Positions 43,829-53,604 are shown, counted from the first letter of the stretch. The stretch: 57,577 nucleotides of DNA from Clostridia bacterium (GCA_027420455.1 DAIBJA010000025.1:1-57577), one strand, 5' to 3'. Notes: generated by a model from the letters alone, not told the origin. Program-made: numbers and translations.

Positions 43829-44887
43829 GTGGTGACACGTGCTTGCGGGGGAAGGACCGACACCACGCGGACTCTGGCCTTGATGGGGGCCGCGATTGGT
43901 CTCCTGCACCTTCTGGGTTGGGGGCTATTCGCCGCGGCCGGCCCCAACCGGGCATTCGTGCTCGGCGTCGCGCTGACGGCCTACACGCTCGGCATGCGCC
44001 ACGCGTTTGACGCCGACCACATCGCAGCGATTGACAACACGACCCGCAAACTGCGCGAGGATGGACAGGAGCCACTCACCGTTGGACTCTGGTTCTCCCT
44101 GGGCCATTCGACCATCGTTCTCGTGCTCGCCTGCGCCTTGGCCCTCGCGGCCGGCCGCATGCACATCGCCATCGCCGGCCCGGCCTCCTGGCTCCATGGC
44201 GTCGGCGGCCTTGTCGGCGCTCTTGTGTCGACGATGTTTCTCTACACCATCGCCGCCCTGAATCTGCAGGGGCTCAGGGACACCCTGCGGCGACGTGGGG
44301 ACTTGACTCGATCCCCCAACCTCGGTGGCCCGCTCTTTAGGATCTTCGGCCGGGTCGTGCGCAGGATCCGGCGGCCATCCGGCATGTACCCGGTTGGAGT
44401 GCTGTTTGGGCTCGGCTTCGACACGGCGACCGAGATTGCGCTGCTCGCGACCACGGTGGGTGCCGCCATGGGGCCGTTGCCCTGGTACGACATCTTGTCG
44501 CTGCCGTGCCTTTTCGCGGCTGGAATGAGTCTGTGCGACAGCATCGACGGCGTCTCCATGCGGTTTGCCTACGATTGGTCGCTGCTGCGGCCTGCGCGGC
44601 GTCGGCTATGGAACATCTGCGTCACAGGACTATCCGTGGGCGTGGCGTTCGGCGTGGGCACGATCGAACTGCTTGGGCTCGCCAGCGGCTGGTCGAAGAG
44701 GGTGGCCCACGTCCTGGCGCCCTTGGCGCACCTCGACCTCACGCGGCTGGGTTTCAGCGTTGCTGTGACGCTGATCGCGCTGTGGCTACTCGCCCTGCTC
44801 CTCTGGCGTGAACGTGGCCGTGGTAGGCGCGGGCCTGTCCGCCACGGGGCTGCGCAAAGCGGTGACGCGGCAGCAAGGGACCTGTGA
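43829..44887 (+). CDS. High-affinity nickel/cobalt transporter (NiCoT, HoxN/HupN/NixA family)
   Basis: GMRHAFDADHIAAIDNTTRKL, FSLGHSTIV, GLGFDTATE signatures. Confidence 0.95.
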   Translation: MVTRACGGRTDTTRTLALMGAAIGLLHLLGWGLFAAAGPNRAFVLGVALTAYTLGMRHAFDADHIAAIDNTTRKLREDGQEPLTVGLWFSLGHSTIVLVLACALALAAGRMHIAIAGPASWLHGVGGLVGALVSTMFLYTIAALNLQGLRDTLRRRGDLTRSPNLGGPLFRIFGRVVRRIRRPSGMYPVGVLFGLGFDTATEIALLATTVGAAMGPLPWYDILSLPCLFAAGMSLCDSIDGVSMRFAYDWSLLRPARRRLWNICVTGLSVGVAFGVGTIELLGLASGWSKRVAHVLAPLAHLDLTRLGFSVAVTLIALWLLALLLWRERGRGRRGPVRHGAAQSGDAAARDL

Positions 44888-44991
44888 GAGGTTGCGCCTG
44901 GGGACCGATGGCCTGGACCCCCTCTGCAACGTCGCCCGAAGGCGGCGCGCCAGACGGCGCAGTCCGCAACGGCGCACCTTGGGCAGGCACC

Positions 44992-45597
44992 TTACTGCGC
45001 TACGGGAGCCCCTTGGGCCAGGCTCCAGCCATCGTGCACACTGCTTTGCGCGATCCTGATCAGCTCTGGTTGCCACTGCCGGAGGTCGGCAGATGCCCCC
45101 GGTTGATGCGGATAGTTCACCTGCTCCCAGATCCATGTCGCCTGGTTCAGGCTCACGGCCTTGTAGTAGAGGCCGTACAGCGTGGTCGGGCCATCGTAGT
45201 AGACGCAGTAGATCGCGCGCGCGTCGGCGTTCAGCGCGACGATGGTTCGTAGCGCCGTGCAGAGGCCCGAGAGGGACGGCGGGCGACTCACGTACTCCTG
45301 AAACCACAGCTGCGCCGGGCCGTATCGGTCGATCTTGGGCGCGATGTAGTCCAGGGCGACTTCGTTGTTGCCGAAGATGCGAACATCCTCCGCGGTGAAG
45401 CCCGCCGGAATGTAGGTCGGAAAGGGCAAGTAAAGCTGCGCGTTCACGTTGAAGGTCACGGGTGGGGCAGTCGAATGTTTGGACGCGTGTACGGTGTTGG
45501 CGGTCTCTTTCACCGCGGCTCGACGGGCGCTTTGTGGCCCGCAGCCGCTGATCGCGATCGCGCTCGCCAAGAGGACGGCGGCCGTTGCGAGTTTCAC
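44992..45597 (-). CDS. Hypothetical lipoprotein
   Basis: GTG 45597 after GGGGGA. MKLATAAVLLASAIAISG-C lipobox, then LYLPFPTYIPAGF. Confidence 0.7.
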   Translation of the reverse strand: MKLATAAVLLASAIAISGCGPQSARRAAVKETANTVHASKHSTAPPVTFNVNAQLYLPFPTYIPAGFTAEDVRIFGNNEVALDYIAPKIDRYGPAQLWFQEYVSRPPSLSGLCTALRTIVALNADARAIYCVYYDGPTTLYGLYYKAVSLNQATWIWEQVNYPHQPGASADLRQWQPELIRIAQSSVHDGWSLAQGAPVAQ

Positions 45598-46014
45598 GGC
45601 GATCCCCCTGTCCCAGAATACGCCAGTGCCCATTCGGACGGTAGCACCGTCGCCTCCGCTGGCGGCAAATCTGCGCTCTTCCTGGTGACCATGCGCCGAT
45701 GCGGTAGAAGGGGAAGCCCGTGAGGGTCGGCCGGGAAAGACAGGCCCCGGGCGGGCGGTTCGCGGGAACCCTTTCCCTGTGCTGTCCGGCCGGCCAACCA
45801 GGGACAGGAGCCCGAATCGGGCTATCGACGGCAATCGGGACATAGGCAGAGGCTATGACAATCACGGTGCGCGCTACCCCCAACGTGGATCAAAGAAGGC
45901 CTGCTCCGCCGGGTGTCGCGACTCTGCCCCGAGGGGTTGCGGCGAAGGGCCTTCGGGCGTTATCTGACGAGTGGGAGGGATCGCCGGTGCAGCTGCCTGC
46001 TCCTGCGCCCAGCC

Positions 46015-46032
46015 TTGTTCAGGAGTTCACAT
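46015..46032. promoter_or_regulatory. Rex-like (or Crp/Fnr-like) operator upstream of the hydrogenase operon
   Basis: TTGTTCAGGAGTTCACAT matches 11 of 14 defined positions of TTGTGAA-N4-TTCACAA. It ends 23 bp before the start codon. Confidence 0.45.
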
Positions 46033-46055
46033 TCTTTCAGCGAGAGGGATGCAGC

Positions 46056-46295
46056 ATGCGCGTGATCAAGGTCGAGGAGACCCAGATCGCCTCCTGGACC
46101 CGCACGCTCCTTGCCCAGCAGCGCGTCGTGGCGGTCCAGGAGCGCGATGAGCGCTTCGTCTTCGACGACCTGCACCAGGCCGAGGACCTGCGCCTGGACC
46201 ACGATGTCACCCTGGAACCCCCGCTCCGCTACTTCCTGCCCCAGCGGGAGGAGCTCGTGTCCTACGAGCGCCCGGGTCGCTACGCCCAACCTTAA
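46056..46295 (+). pseudogene. N-terminal 79 aa of group 3b hydrogenase beta subunit (AsrA/HydB-like), cut by an in-frame TAA
   Basis: MRVIKVEE...LDHDVTLEPPLRYFLPQREEL. The same frame continues after TAA (46293-95) into LDARPFVLLGLHPYD. Confidence 0.8.
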
Positions 46296-46313
46296 CTCGA
46301 CGCGAGGCCCTTC

Positions 46314-48116
46314 GTGCTGCTCGGCCTGCACCCGTACGACGTCGCGGCGATCCGCCAGATGGACGAAGTCTTCGCGCGGGGCGTGCCCGACCCGCACTAC
46401 CAGCGCAGGCGCTCCCTCGCCACCTTGGTGGCGTGCGACGTCGAGACGCCCTCGAGCCATGTGTTCGCGGGCGCCATGGGCACCGCGGTGGCGCGCGAAG
46501 GCTACGATCTCCTGCTCACCCGCATCGGGCGAACGTACCTGGTCGAGAGCCGCACGGCCAAGGCTGACGGTCTCCTGGCGCTCTTCGGCGATGACGCCCT
46601 GGACGCCCCGCCCGCGGATCTCAGACGCCGCGAGGCCGTCTGGCGGCGCAATCGCCAGGGTCTGCGCCAGCACGAGCTCGACTGCCCGCCCGAAGCTCTG
46701 CCGCGCCTCCTCCTCGCGAGCTACAACGACGAACTCTGGCAGGAGCGCTCGGAGCTCTGCCTCTCCTGCGGCGCCTGCAACCTCGTCTGCCCGACCTGCT
46801 ACTGCTTCGATGTCCAGGACGTCGTCGACTGGGACCTCAAGTCCGGCAGGCGCTTTCGCCTCTGCGACTCCTGCATGCTGCAGGACTTCGCCAAGGTGGC
46901 CGGCGGTCACCAGTTCCGCCTGCGCCGCGACCGCTACCGCCACCGCTTCTACCGCAAGGGTCTCTACATGCCCGAGCGCTTCGGGTTTGTCGCCTGCGTC
47001 GGCTGCGGCCGCTGCATCGACAGTTGCATCGCCGGTGTGGCTAGCCCCGTGGATGTCTACAACGCCCTGCTCGAGCGTCACCCCGAGGTGCTTGAGGAGC
47101 CGGTGGAGGGACTGGGCAAGAGAAGCCTCGGCCAGGCGCTTGAGGCTCTGCTCGGCCGTGAGGGCCCGGAGGAAGCGGCCACTGGGGCGAGGGATCGGGC
47201 CTTGACCACCACGCCCACGCTCGCGGAGGCCGAGGAGTCGACGGCGGCGCTGCCGCAGGCGGCGACGGCCATGCTGCCGCTCGAGCAGCTCGCCGCCAGG
47301 GATCCCTACGTGCCGGAGCGGGCGACGATCGTCGAGATGCGCCCGTTGACCCAAAGCGAGACCTTCTACCGCCTGCGACTTGCATCCGGACACCCGCTCG
47401 GCCACCAGAGCGGCCAGTTCGTCCAGATCTCGCTCATGGGCATCGGCGAGGCGCCGATTTCCGTGAGCTCGGGCCCCGGCCAGGAGACCGCCTTCGAGAT
47501 CGTGGTGCGACGTGTGGGCAACGTGACGGAGGCTCTCGAGCGGCTGCGGCCGGGAGACACCGTCGGTGTGCGGGGACCGTACGGTACAGCGTTCCCGATG
47601 GCGGACCTGCGCGGCAAGGACATCCTGGTCGTGGCGGGGGGCATCGGCATCGTGCCCGTGCGCTCGGCCATAAAGGAGGTGCTCCGCCATCGCGGCGACT
47701 ATGGCAGGCTCACGATCGCCTACGGCATGCGGGCGCCGCAGGACCGCCTGTTCGGCGACGAGATCGAGCTCTGGCGGCAGGAGCCCGGGGTGACGGTGCT
47801 CGAGACGGTGGACCACCTCGAAGGGCTCTGGCATGGCCAGGTGGGGCCGGTGACCACACTCCTGCCCGGTTGCGGCATCGATCCCGGCCGGACCGCGGCG
47901 CTGGTCTGCGGTCCCCCGGTGATGTACCGCTACGTGCTCTCCGATCTCATCGCCACCGGCATGCGGCCCGAGGACATCTACGTCTCGCTCGAGCGGAAGA
48001 TGAAGTGCGGCATCGGCAAGTGCGGCCACTGCCAGATCAACGGCGTCTACGTCTGCCAGGAGGGACCGGTCTTCACCTATGCGCAGGTGAGAAACCTGCC
48101 GGAGGCCCTGCAATGA
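46314..48116 (+). CDS. Group 3b [NiFe]-hydrogenase beta(4Fe-4S)-gamma(FAD/NAD(P), 2Fe-2S) fusion, remainder after the in-frame stop
   Basis: CLSCGACNLVCPTCYC and CVGCGRCIDSC, a linker, then GQFVQ, GEAPIS, RGPYG, VAGGIGIVP, CGPPVM, ERKMKCGIGKCGHC..VCQEGPVF. Confidence 0.9.
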   Translation: MLLGLHPYDVAAIRQMDEVFARGVPDPHYQRRRSLATLVACDVETPSSHVFAGAMGTAVAREGYDLLLTRIGRTYLVESRTAKADGLLALFGDDALDAPPADLRRREAVWRRNRQGLRQHELDCPPEALPRLLLASYNDELWQERSELCLSCGACNLVCPTCYCFDVQDVVDWDLKSGRRFRLCDSCMLQDFAKVAGGHQFRLRRDRYRHRFYRKGLYMPERFGFVACVGCGRCIDSCIAGVASPVDVYNALLERHPEVLEEPVEGLGKRSLGQALEALLGREGPEEAATGARDRALTTTPTLAEAEESTAALPQAATAMLPLEQLAARDPYVPERATIVEMRPLTQSETFYRLRLASGHPLGHQSGQFVQISLMGIGEAPISVSSGPGQETAFEIVVRRVGNVTEALERLRPGDTVGVRGPYGTAFPMADLRGKDILVVAGGIGIVPVRSAIKEVLRHRGDYGRLTIAYGMRAPQDRLFGDEIELWRQEPGVTVLETVDHLEGLWHGQVGPVTTLLPGCGIDPGRTAALVCGPPVMYRYVLSDLIATGMRPEDIYVSLERKMKCGIGKCGHCQINGVYVCQEGPVFTYAQVRNLPEALQ

Positions 48117-48844
48117 AGAAGCCAAGGGTTGCGATCTTCGATTTCGCGGGTTGCGAGGGCTGCCAGCTCCAGATCATCAACCTCGAGGAGGAGCTCCTGC
48201 AGCTCCTCGAGGTGGTGGACGTCGTGGAGTGGCGGGAAGGCATCTCCGACCGGAGCCCCGAGTTCGACATCGCCATCGTCGAGGGGGCGATCACGAGGCC
48301 CCAGGATGTCCGGCGCCTGGAGCAGATCCGGGCCAGGGCCAAGGTGCTCGTGGCCCTCGGCGCCTGCGCGAGCCATGGCGGCGTCAACAGGCTCCGCCAG
48401 CGCCTAGACCTCGCGGCCGCGAAGCGCATCGTCTACGGCACCGCCGCGCGCGAGGAATTCCTCGGGTCCGGGCCCGTGCAGGCGATCGACGAGGTGGTCT
48501 CGGTCGACGCGCGCGTCGAGGGCTGTCCCATCGACCGCCAGGAACTCGGCAACGTCCTGCGCACCCTCGTGCTCGGCGGCGAGCCGAAGGTGCCGGACTA
48601 CCCGGTCTGCGTCGAGTGCAAGCGGGCGGGCAACATCTGCCGCTACGAGCGCGGCGAGATCTGTCTCGGACCCGTGACGCGAGGCGGCTGCGGCGCGCGC
48701 TGTCCGTCCTACGGCATGTGGTGCTACGGCTGCAGGGGGTCGGTGGATGAACCGAACATCCACGCCGCGCGCGCCGTGATGGAACGTTACGGCCGGACCG
48801 TGCAGGAGCGCGAGGAACGGCTCGCGCTCTTCGGCAGCCGGTAA
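48113..48844 (+). CDS. hydD: Group 3b [NiFe]-hydrogenase small (delta) subunit
   Basis: GCEGCQ, VEGAI, ALGACASHGG, GCP, VCVECK, CLGPVTRGGCGARCP, CYGCRG. ATGA overlap, no Tat signal. Confidence 0.92.
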   Translation: MKKPRVAIFDFAGCEGCQLQIINLEEELLQLLEVVDVVEWREGISDRSPEFDIAIVEGAITRPQDVRRLEQIRARAKVLVALGACASHGGVNRLRQRLDLAAAKRIVYGTAAREEFLGSGPVQAIDEVVSVDARVEGCPIDRQELGNVLRTLVLGGEPKVPDYPVCVECKRAGNICRYERGEICLGPVTRGGCGARCPSYGMWCYGCRGSVDEPNIHAARAVMERYGRTVQEREERLALFGSR

Positions 48845-48857
48845 GGAGGGCCCAGGC

Positions 48858-50174
48858 ATGGCAAGGCACATCGAAGTCCACCACGTCACGCGCATCGAGG
48901 GTCACGGCAGCATCGTGCTGGACGTGGACCAGGGCCGCATCGAGAAGATCGCCTGGCAGGTGCCCGAGGCGCCGCGCTTCTTCGAGGCGATGGTGCTCGG
49001 CAAGTCCTGGCGCGACATGCAGACCATCGTCAGCCGCATCTGCGGCATCTGTTCGATCAGCCACTCGCTGGCCTGCGTCAAGGGGGTCGAGGCGGCCCTG
49101 GGTTTCGAGGTGAGCAAGCAGACCGGGCGCCTCAGGCGCCTCGCGCACTACTCCGAGCTGATGCAGAGCCACGTGCTGCACGTCGGCTACCTCGTCGCCC
49201 CGGACCTCCTCGGCCAGGCGTCGGTGGTGCCGTTGACGCGTAGCCATCCGCAGCTCGTGGAGCTGATCGTGGGACTCCACCGCCTCGCGAACCGCTGGTC
49301 TGATCTCGTGACCGGGCGCACGACGCACCCGATCACCCTCCAGCCCGGTCGCATGACGCATCTCCCATCGCCAGGCGACCTCGTGCAGCTCCAGCACGAC
49401 CTCGAGTCGGCGCGGGAAGGCGTCTGGCGCCTGGTGGACGCGGTAGGGGACCTCCTCGCGGCCCTGCCGGACTTCGACCGCCCCACCGAATACGTCGCGC
49501 TCGTGAACGGGCCGGAGTACGCGCTCTACGACGGGGAGATCGGCAGCAGCGACGGCGAGGCGCTGCCCTTGAGCCGCTTCGAGCAGGCCTGCAACGAGTA
49601 TGTCGCCAAGGACTCGACCGCCAAGTGGACCCGCTGGCACCGCGACGCCTACGCCGTCGGCGCCAGGGCGCGCTTCAACCTGAACGGAGCCTATCTGTCG
49701 CCGCTCGCCCGCAAGGTGGCGCAAGCGCTGAAGCTCCCGGAGCACCGCGACAACCCCTACTACAACACGGTAGGGCAACTCGCGGAACTCGGACAGCTGC
49801 TCGACGACGCGGGCGTCCTGATCGACAAGATCCTGGCGGCCGGGCTCAAGTCGGAGCACCGGGACCTCGTGCCGCACGCGGGCGAAGGTGTCGGCTGCGT
49901 CGAGGCTCCGCGCGGCATCCTGTTCCACCGGTACGCCTTCGACGCCAAGGGCCGCTGCGAGGCGGCGAACCTCGTCATCCCGACGAACCAGAACCACGCC
50001 AACCTCCAGCGCGACATGGAGGAACTGGTGCCGAGGATCCTGGACCGGTCCGAAGCCGAGATCACCCTGCTGCTCGAGATGCTGGTCCGGGCCTACGACC
50101 CCTGCGTCTCCTGCTCGACGCACTTCCTCGACGTCCGCTTCAAGAGCGGCCGTTCCCCGGGGGAGGTTGTCTGA
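48858..50174 (+). CDS. hydA: Group 3b [NiFe]-hydrogenase large (alpha) subunit
   Basis: TRIEGHG, L1 RICGICSISH, EAPRG, L2 RAYDPCVSCSTH, with a cleavable C-terminal extension. Confidence 0.95.
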   Translation: MARHIEVHHVTRIEGHGSIVLDVDQGRIEKIAWQVPEAPRFFEAMVLGKSWRDMQTIVSRICGICSISHSLACVKGVEAALGFEVSKQTGRLRRLAHYSELMQSHVLHVGYLVAPDLLGQASVVPLTRSHPQLVELIVGLHRLANRWSDLVTGRTTHPITLQPGRMTHLPSPGDLVQLQHDLESAREGVWRLVDAVGDLLAALPDFDRPTEYVALVNGPEYALYDGEIGSSDGEALPLSRFEQACNEYVAKDSTAKWTRWHRDAYAVGARARFNLNGAYLSPLARKVAQALKLPEHRDNPYYNTVGQLAELGQLLDDAGVLIDKILAAGLKSEHRDLVPHAGEGVGCVEAPRGILFHRYAFDAKGRCEAANLVIPTNQNHANLQRDMEELVPRILDRSEAEITLLLEMLVRAYDPCVSCSTHFLDVRFKSGRSPGEVV

Positions 50175-50175
50175 G

Positions 50176-50418
50176 ATGTGCCTCGCGGTGCCGGCCCGGG
50201 TCCTCGAGATCACCGAGGACAACATGGCGGTCGTCGACGTGGGCGGGGTGCGCCGGACGGTCTGCCTCGACCTCGTCACGGACGTGCGGGTCGACGACTA
50301 CGTGCTCGTCCATGTCGGCTTCGCGCTGCAGAGGATCGACCAGCGGGAGGCCAAGCGGCAGGCGGAGCGGCTCGCGGCGATGTTCTCCGGGGAGCCCGGC
50401 GGGGCGGACGCGACATGA
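50176..50418 (+). CDS. hypC: Hydrogenase maturation chaperone HypC
   Basis: MCLAVPARV...YVLVHVGFA. Confidence 0.96.
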   Translation: MCLAVPARVLEITEDNMAVVDVGGVRRTVCLDLVTDVRVDDYVLVHVGFALQRIDQREAKRQAERLAAMFSGEPGGADAT

Positions 50419-51524
50419 GGTACGTCGACGAGTACCGCGACCCCAAGGCGGCCCAGGGCCTCCTCGCCGCGATCCGGCACCTCGCGGTTGGCCCCCTGCG
50501 CATCATGGAGATCTGCGGCGGGCACACCCACGCCATCTACCGCAGCGGCCTCGACCAGCTCCTGCCCCCGGAGATCCGCTTCCTGCACGGCCCGGGCTGT
50601 CCCGTCTGCGTCACGCCGGCGGTCCGGGTGGACCAGGCGATCGCCCTGGCCGAGCGCGGCTGCGTCGTCTGCACCTACGGCGACATGCTCCGCGTGCCCG
50701 GCTCGCGGGGGACCTTGCGGCAGTCGGCCGCCCGCGGAGCGGACGTGCGCATCGTGTATGGCAGCCTCGACGCGGTGGAGATCGCCCGGCGCGAGAGCGG
50801 CCGTGAGGTGGTGTTCCTCGCCGTCGGCTTCGAGACGACGGCGCCGGCCAACGCCTGCGCCATCCTGCGCGCCAGGGCGCTCGGTCTTCAGAACTTCAGC
50901 GTCCTCGGCAGCCACGTGCTCGTTCCGCCGGTGCTGCGCCACCTGCTCAGGGACAGAGACGCCGGGATCGACGCCTTCATCGGGCCGGGGCACGTCTCGG
51001 CGGTGGTCGGCAGCGAGGACTACCGCTTCCTGCCCGAGGAGTACGGGAAGCCGGTGGTGATCGCCGGCTTCGAGCCGCTCGATCTCCTGGAGGCGGTGCT
51101 CTGGCTGCTGCGGCAGAAAGCCGAAGGTCGCTGCGAGGTGGAGGTGCAGTACCGGCGCGCGGTGCGGGAGGAGGGCAGCCCCAGGGCGAGGGCGGTGATG
51201 GCGGAGGTCTACCGGGTCCAGGACCAGGAGTGGCGCGGCATCGGCCCCATTCCACGGAGCGGCCTCGGCATCCGCGAGGCGTTCGCGGCCTTCGACGCCT
51301 TGCGCCGCTACGAGCGGGACCTGCCGGTGGAGACGGAGGAGGAGGACGCCCGCGGCTACATCTGCGGGGAGGTCATCCAGGGCCTGAGGACACCCCTCGA
51401 CTGTCCGGCGTTCGGCCTTGGCTGCACGCCGGAGCATCCCTTCGGGCCCGGCATGGTCTCCTCGGAGGGCACCTGCGCCGCCCTCTACCGCTACCGGCAC
51501 CCGGACCGGGAGGTGACGCGATGA
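50415..51524 (+). CDS. hypD: Hydrogenase maturation protein HypD
   Basis: MEICGGHTH, GPGCPVCV, GFETT, GPGHVS, MVSSEGTC. Confidence 0.97.
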   Translation: MRYVDEYRDPKAAQGLLAAIRHLAVGPLRIMEICGGHTHAIYRSGLDQLLPPEIRFLHGPGCPVCVTPAVRVDQAIALAERGCVVCTYGDMLRVPGSRGTLRQSAARGADVRIVYGSLDAVEIARRESGREVVFLAVGFETTAPANACAILRARALGLQNFSVLGSHVLVPPVLRHLLRDRDAGIDAFIGPGHVSAVVGSEDYRFLPEEYGKPVVIAGFEPLDLLEAVLWLLRQKAEGRCEVEVQYRRAVREEGSPRARAVMAEVYRVQDQEWRGIGPIPRSGLGIREAFAAFDALRRYERDLPVETEEEDARGYICGEVIQGLRTPLDCPAFGLGCTPEHPFGPGMVSSEGTCAALYRYRHPDREVTR

Positions 51525-52546
51525 GCAGGGCCGATCCCCGCCTGACGCGCGTGATCGAGGCGTCGCACGGCACCGGCGGCAAGATGACCCACGACCTCGT
51601 CGAGCAGATCTTCCTGCCCGCCTTCCGCAACCCGCGCCTCGAGCCCCTGCTGGACGGATCCGTGCTCGAGCTCGCCGGCCTTCGGCTCTGCCTGACGACG
51701 GACAGCTACGTCGTCCAGCCGCTCCGCTTCCCCGGCGGCAGCATCGGCGATCTCGCGGTCAACGGGACGGTGAACGACCTTCTGATGTGCGGAGCGACGC
51801 CCGTCGCCCTGACGGCCGCCTTCATCCTGTCGGAGGGCCTCGAGCTCGGGCTGCTGCGGGACGTGGTGGAGGACATGGCGCGGGCCGCGAGGCGCGCGGG
51901 GGTGGAGATCGTCACGGGCGACACCAAGGTGGCCGGCGCGGGAGACCGGGAGGGCCTCTTCATCACGACGGCCGGACTGGGCGTCGTGCCGGCCGGCATC
52001 GCCTGGTCGCCCGGTCGGATCCGTCCTGGCGACCTGATCCTCCTCTCCGGCAGCGTCGGCGACCACGGCGCGAGCGTGATGGCGTCGCGCTTTGGCATCG
52101 CCCTCGACACCGAGATCCCGAGCGATACCTGCGCCCTGCGGGACGCGGTGCTGGCGGTGCGCGACCTCCCAGGCGTCCGCTGCCTGCGCGACCCGACGCG
52201 CGGCGGCCTCGCGACGACGCTCGCCGAACTCTCGGCGCAGAGCGGCCTCACGCTGACGGCGGAGGAGCGGTGGATCCCCGTGCGCGAGGATGTGCGGGGC
52301 CTCTGCGAGGTGCTCGGTCTCGACCCCCTCTACGTCGCGAACGAGGGCAGGCTCGTCGCCGTGGTGGCGCCCGAGGACGCGGACGAGGCCCTGCGCCGCC
52401 TGAGGGCGGTGCCGGAGACCCGTGAGGCCGTGCTCATCGGCGGGGTGACTCAGGACCGACCAGGGCACGCGAACCTGCGCACCCTCCTGGGCGCGGTTCG
52501 CCCGCTCGATCTCCTGCCCGTCGAGCAGCTGCCGAGGATCTGCTGA
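51521..52546 (+). CDS. hypE: Carbamoyl dehydratase HypE
   Basis: HGTGG, TTDSYVV, GTVNDL, GDTKV, RDPTRGG, C-terminal PRIC. Confidence 0.97.
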   Translation: MSRADPRLTRVIEASHGTGGKMTHDLVEQIFLPAFRNPRLEPLLDGSVLELAGLRLCLTTDSYVVQPLRFPGGSIGDLAVNGTVNDLLMCGATPVALTAAFILSEGLELGLLRDVVEDMARAARRAGVEIVTGDTKVAGAGDREGLFITTAGLGVVPAGIAWSPGRIRPGDLILLSGSVGDHGASVMASRFGIALDTEIPSDTCALRDAVLAVRDLPGVRCLRDPTRGGLATTLAELSAQSGLTLTAEERWIPVREDVRGLCEVLGLDPLYVANEGRLVAVVAPEDADEALRRLRAVPETREAVLIGGVTQDRPGHANLRTLLGAVRPLDLLPVEQLPRIC

Positions 52547-52547
52547 G

Positions 52548-52904
52548 ATGCACGAGATGGCCTTGGCCGAGGAGCTCCTCAAGATCTCCGACGAGGCGGC
52601 GGCGAGCGCGGGCGCCGAGGAGGTGCTGCGGGTCCGGGTGGGGGTGGGCTGGCTCCTCCAGGTGGAGCGGCAGAGTCTCGCCTTCTACCTCGAAGCCCTG
52701 CGTCGGGACTACCCCCGCCTCGAGCATGCCGTCTTCGAACTCGACGAGGAGGCGGTGCGGGTGCGCTGCCGGGTCTGCGGCGAGGAAACGGAGCAGGCGG
52801 GTTGGGGCTTCGCCTGCGGGGCGTGCGGCGACAGGGATGTCGAGGTGGTGGCGGGCGACCGGCTCGAGGTTCGGGATATGGAGGTGCGGACGGACGATGT
52901 GTGA
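52548..52904 (+). CDS. hypA: Nickel metallochaperone HypA
   Basis: MHEMALA and two CxxC motifs (CRVC, CGAC). Confidence 0.95.
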   Translation: MHEMALAEELLKISDEAAASAGAEEVLRVRVGVGWLLQVERQSLAFYLEALRRDYPRLEHAVFELDEEAVRVRCRVCGEETEQAGWGFACGACGDRDVEVVAGDRLEVRDMEVRTDDV

Positions 52905-53592
52905 GACGCAAGGCGAAGGGCACCAGCACCGGCACCTCGAGGTCCACCGGCACGCGATGGAGGCCAACGACCAGGTCGCGGCGAGGCTAAGGCGTGGCTT
53001 CGCCGCGAGGGGCATCCTGGTGCTCAATCTCATCAGCGCGCCGGGATCCGGAAAGACCGCCCTGCTTGAGCGCACGCTCGAGCAACTGAGGCCCTTGCGC
53101 GTCTCGGTCCTTGTCGGGGACGTCGAGACGGAGCGCGACGCGGAACGGCTGCGCCGCTGCGGCGTGCCGGTGGCGCAGATCGTCACGGCCGGCACCTGTC
53201 ACCTCGAGGCCGGCATGGTGGAGAGCCACCTGGCGGAGGTGGATCAGCGCGAGCTCGACGTCCTGATCGTTGAGAACGTCGGCAATCTCGTCTGTCCGAG
53301 CGGCTTCGATCTCGGCGAGGACCTGAAGGTGGTGCTCGTGAGCACGACCGAAGGGGAGGACAAGCCGCTCAAGTATCCGGCGATCTTCCACCGGGCGGAG
53401 CTCGCGCTGGTGACGAAGGCCGACCTCGCGCCGCACCTCGATTTCGACCGCGAGGAGCTCCTCCGGAACATCCAGGCGGTGCACCCCGGCATGGAGGTGC
53501 TCGAGGTGTCGGCCAAGACGGGACTTGGCCTGGATCTCTGGCTCGACTGGATCCGGGCGAAGGTGGAGGAGAAGCAGAGCCTTCATGTCTGA
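52897..53592 (+). CDS. hypB: Nickel incorporation GTPase HypB
   Basis: SAPGSGKT, TCHLEA, ENVGNLVCP, EGEDKPLKYP, TKAD. Short His-rich N-terminus, ATG 52897. Confidence 0.96.
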   Translation: MCETQGEGHQHRHLEVHRHAMEANDQVAARLRRGFAARGILVLNLISAPGSGKTALLERTLEQLRPLRVSVLVGDVETERDAERLRRCGVPVAQIVTAGTCHLEAGMVESHLAEVDQRELDVLIVENVGNLVCPSGFDLGEDLKVVLVSTTEGEDKPLKYPAIFHRAELALVTKADLAPHLDFDREELLRNIQAVHPGMEVLEVSAKTGLGLDLWLDWIRAKVEEKQSLHV

Positions 53593-53604
53593 GGTGGTAG
53601 CGCC

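Noticed and set aside
46281-46320. Programmed frameshift or Sec/Pyl recoding at the hydrogenase break
   Set aside because: Both ORFs share one frame, the codon is TAA, and there is no slippery site or SECIS-like hairpin.
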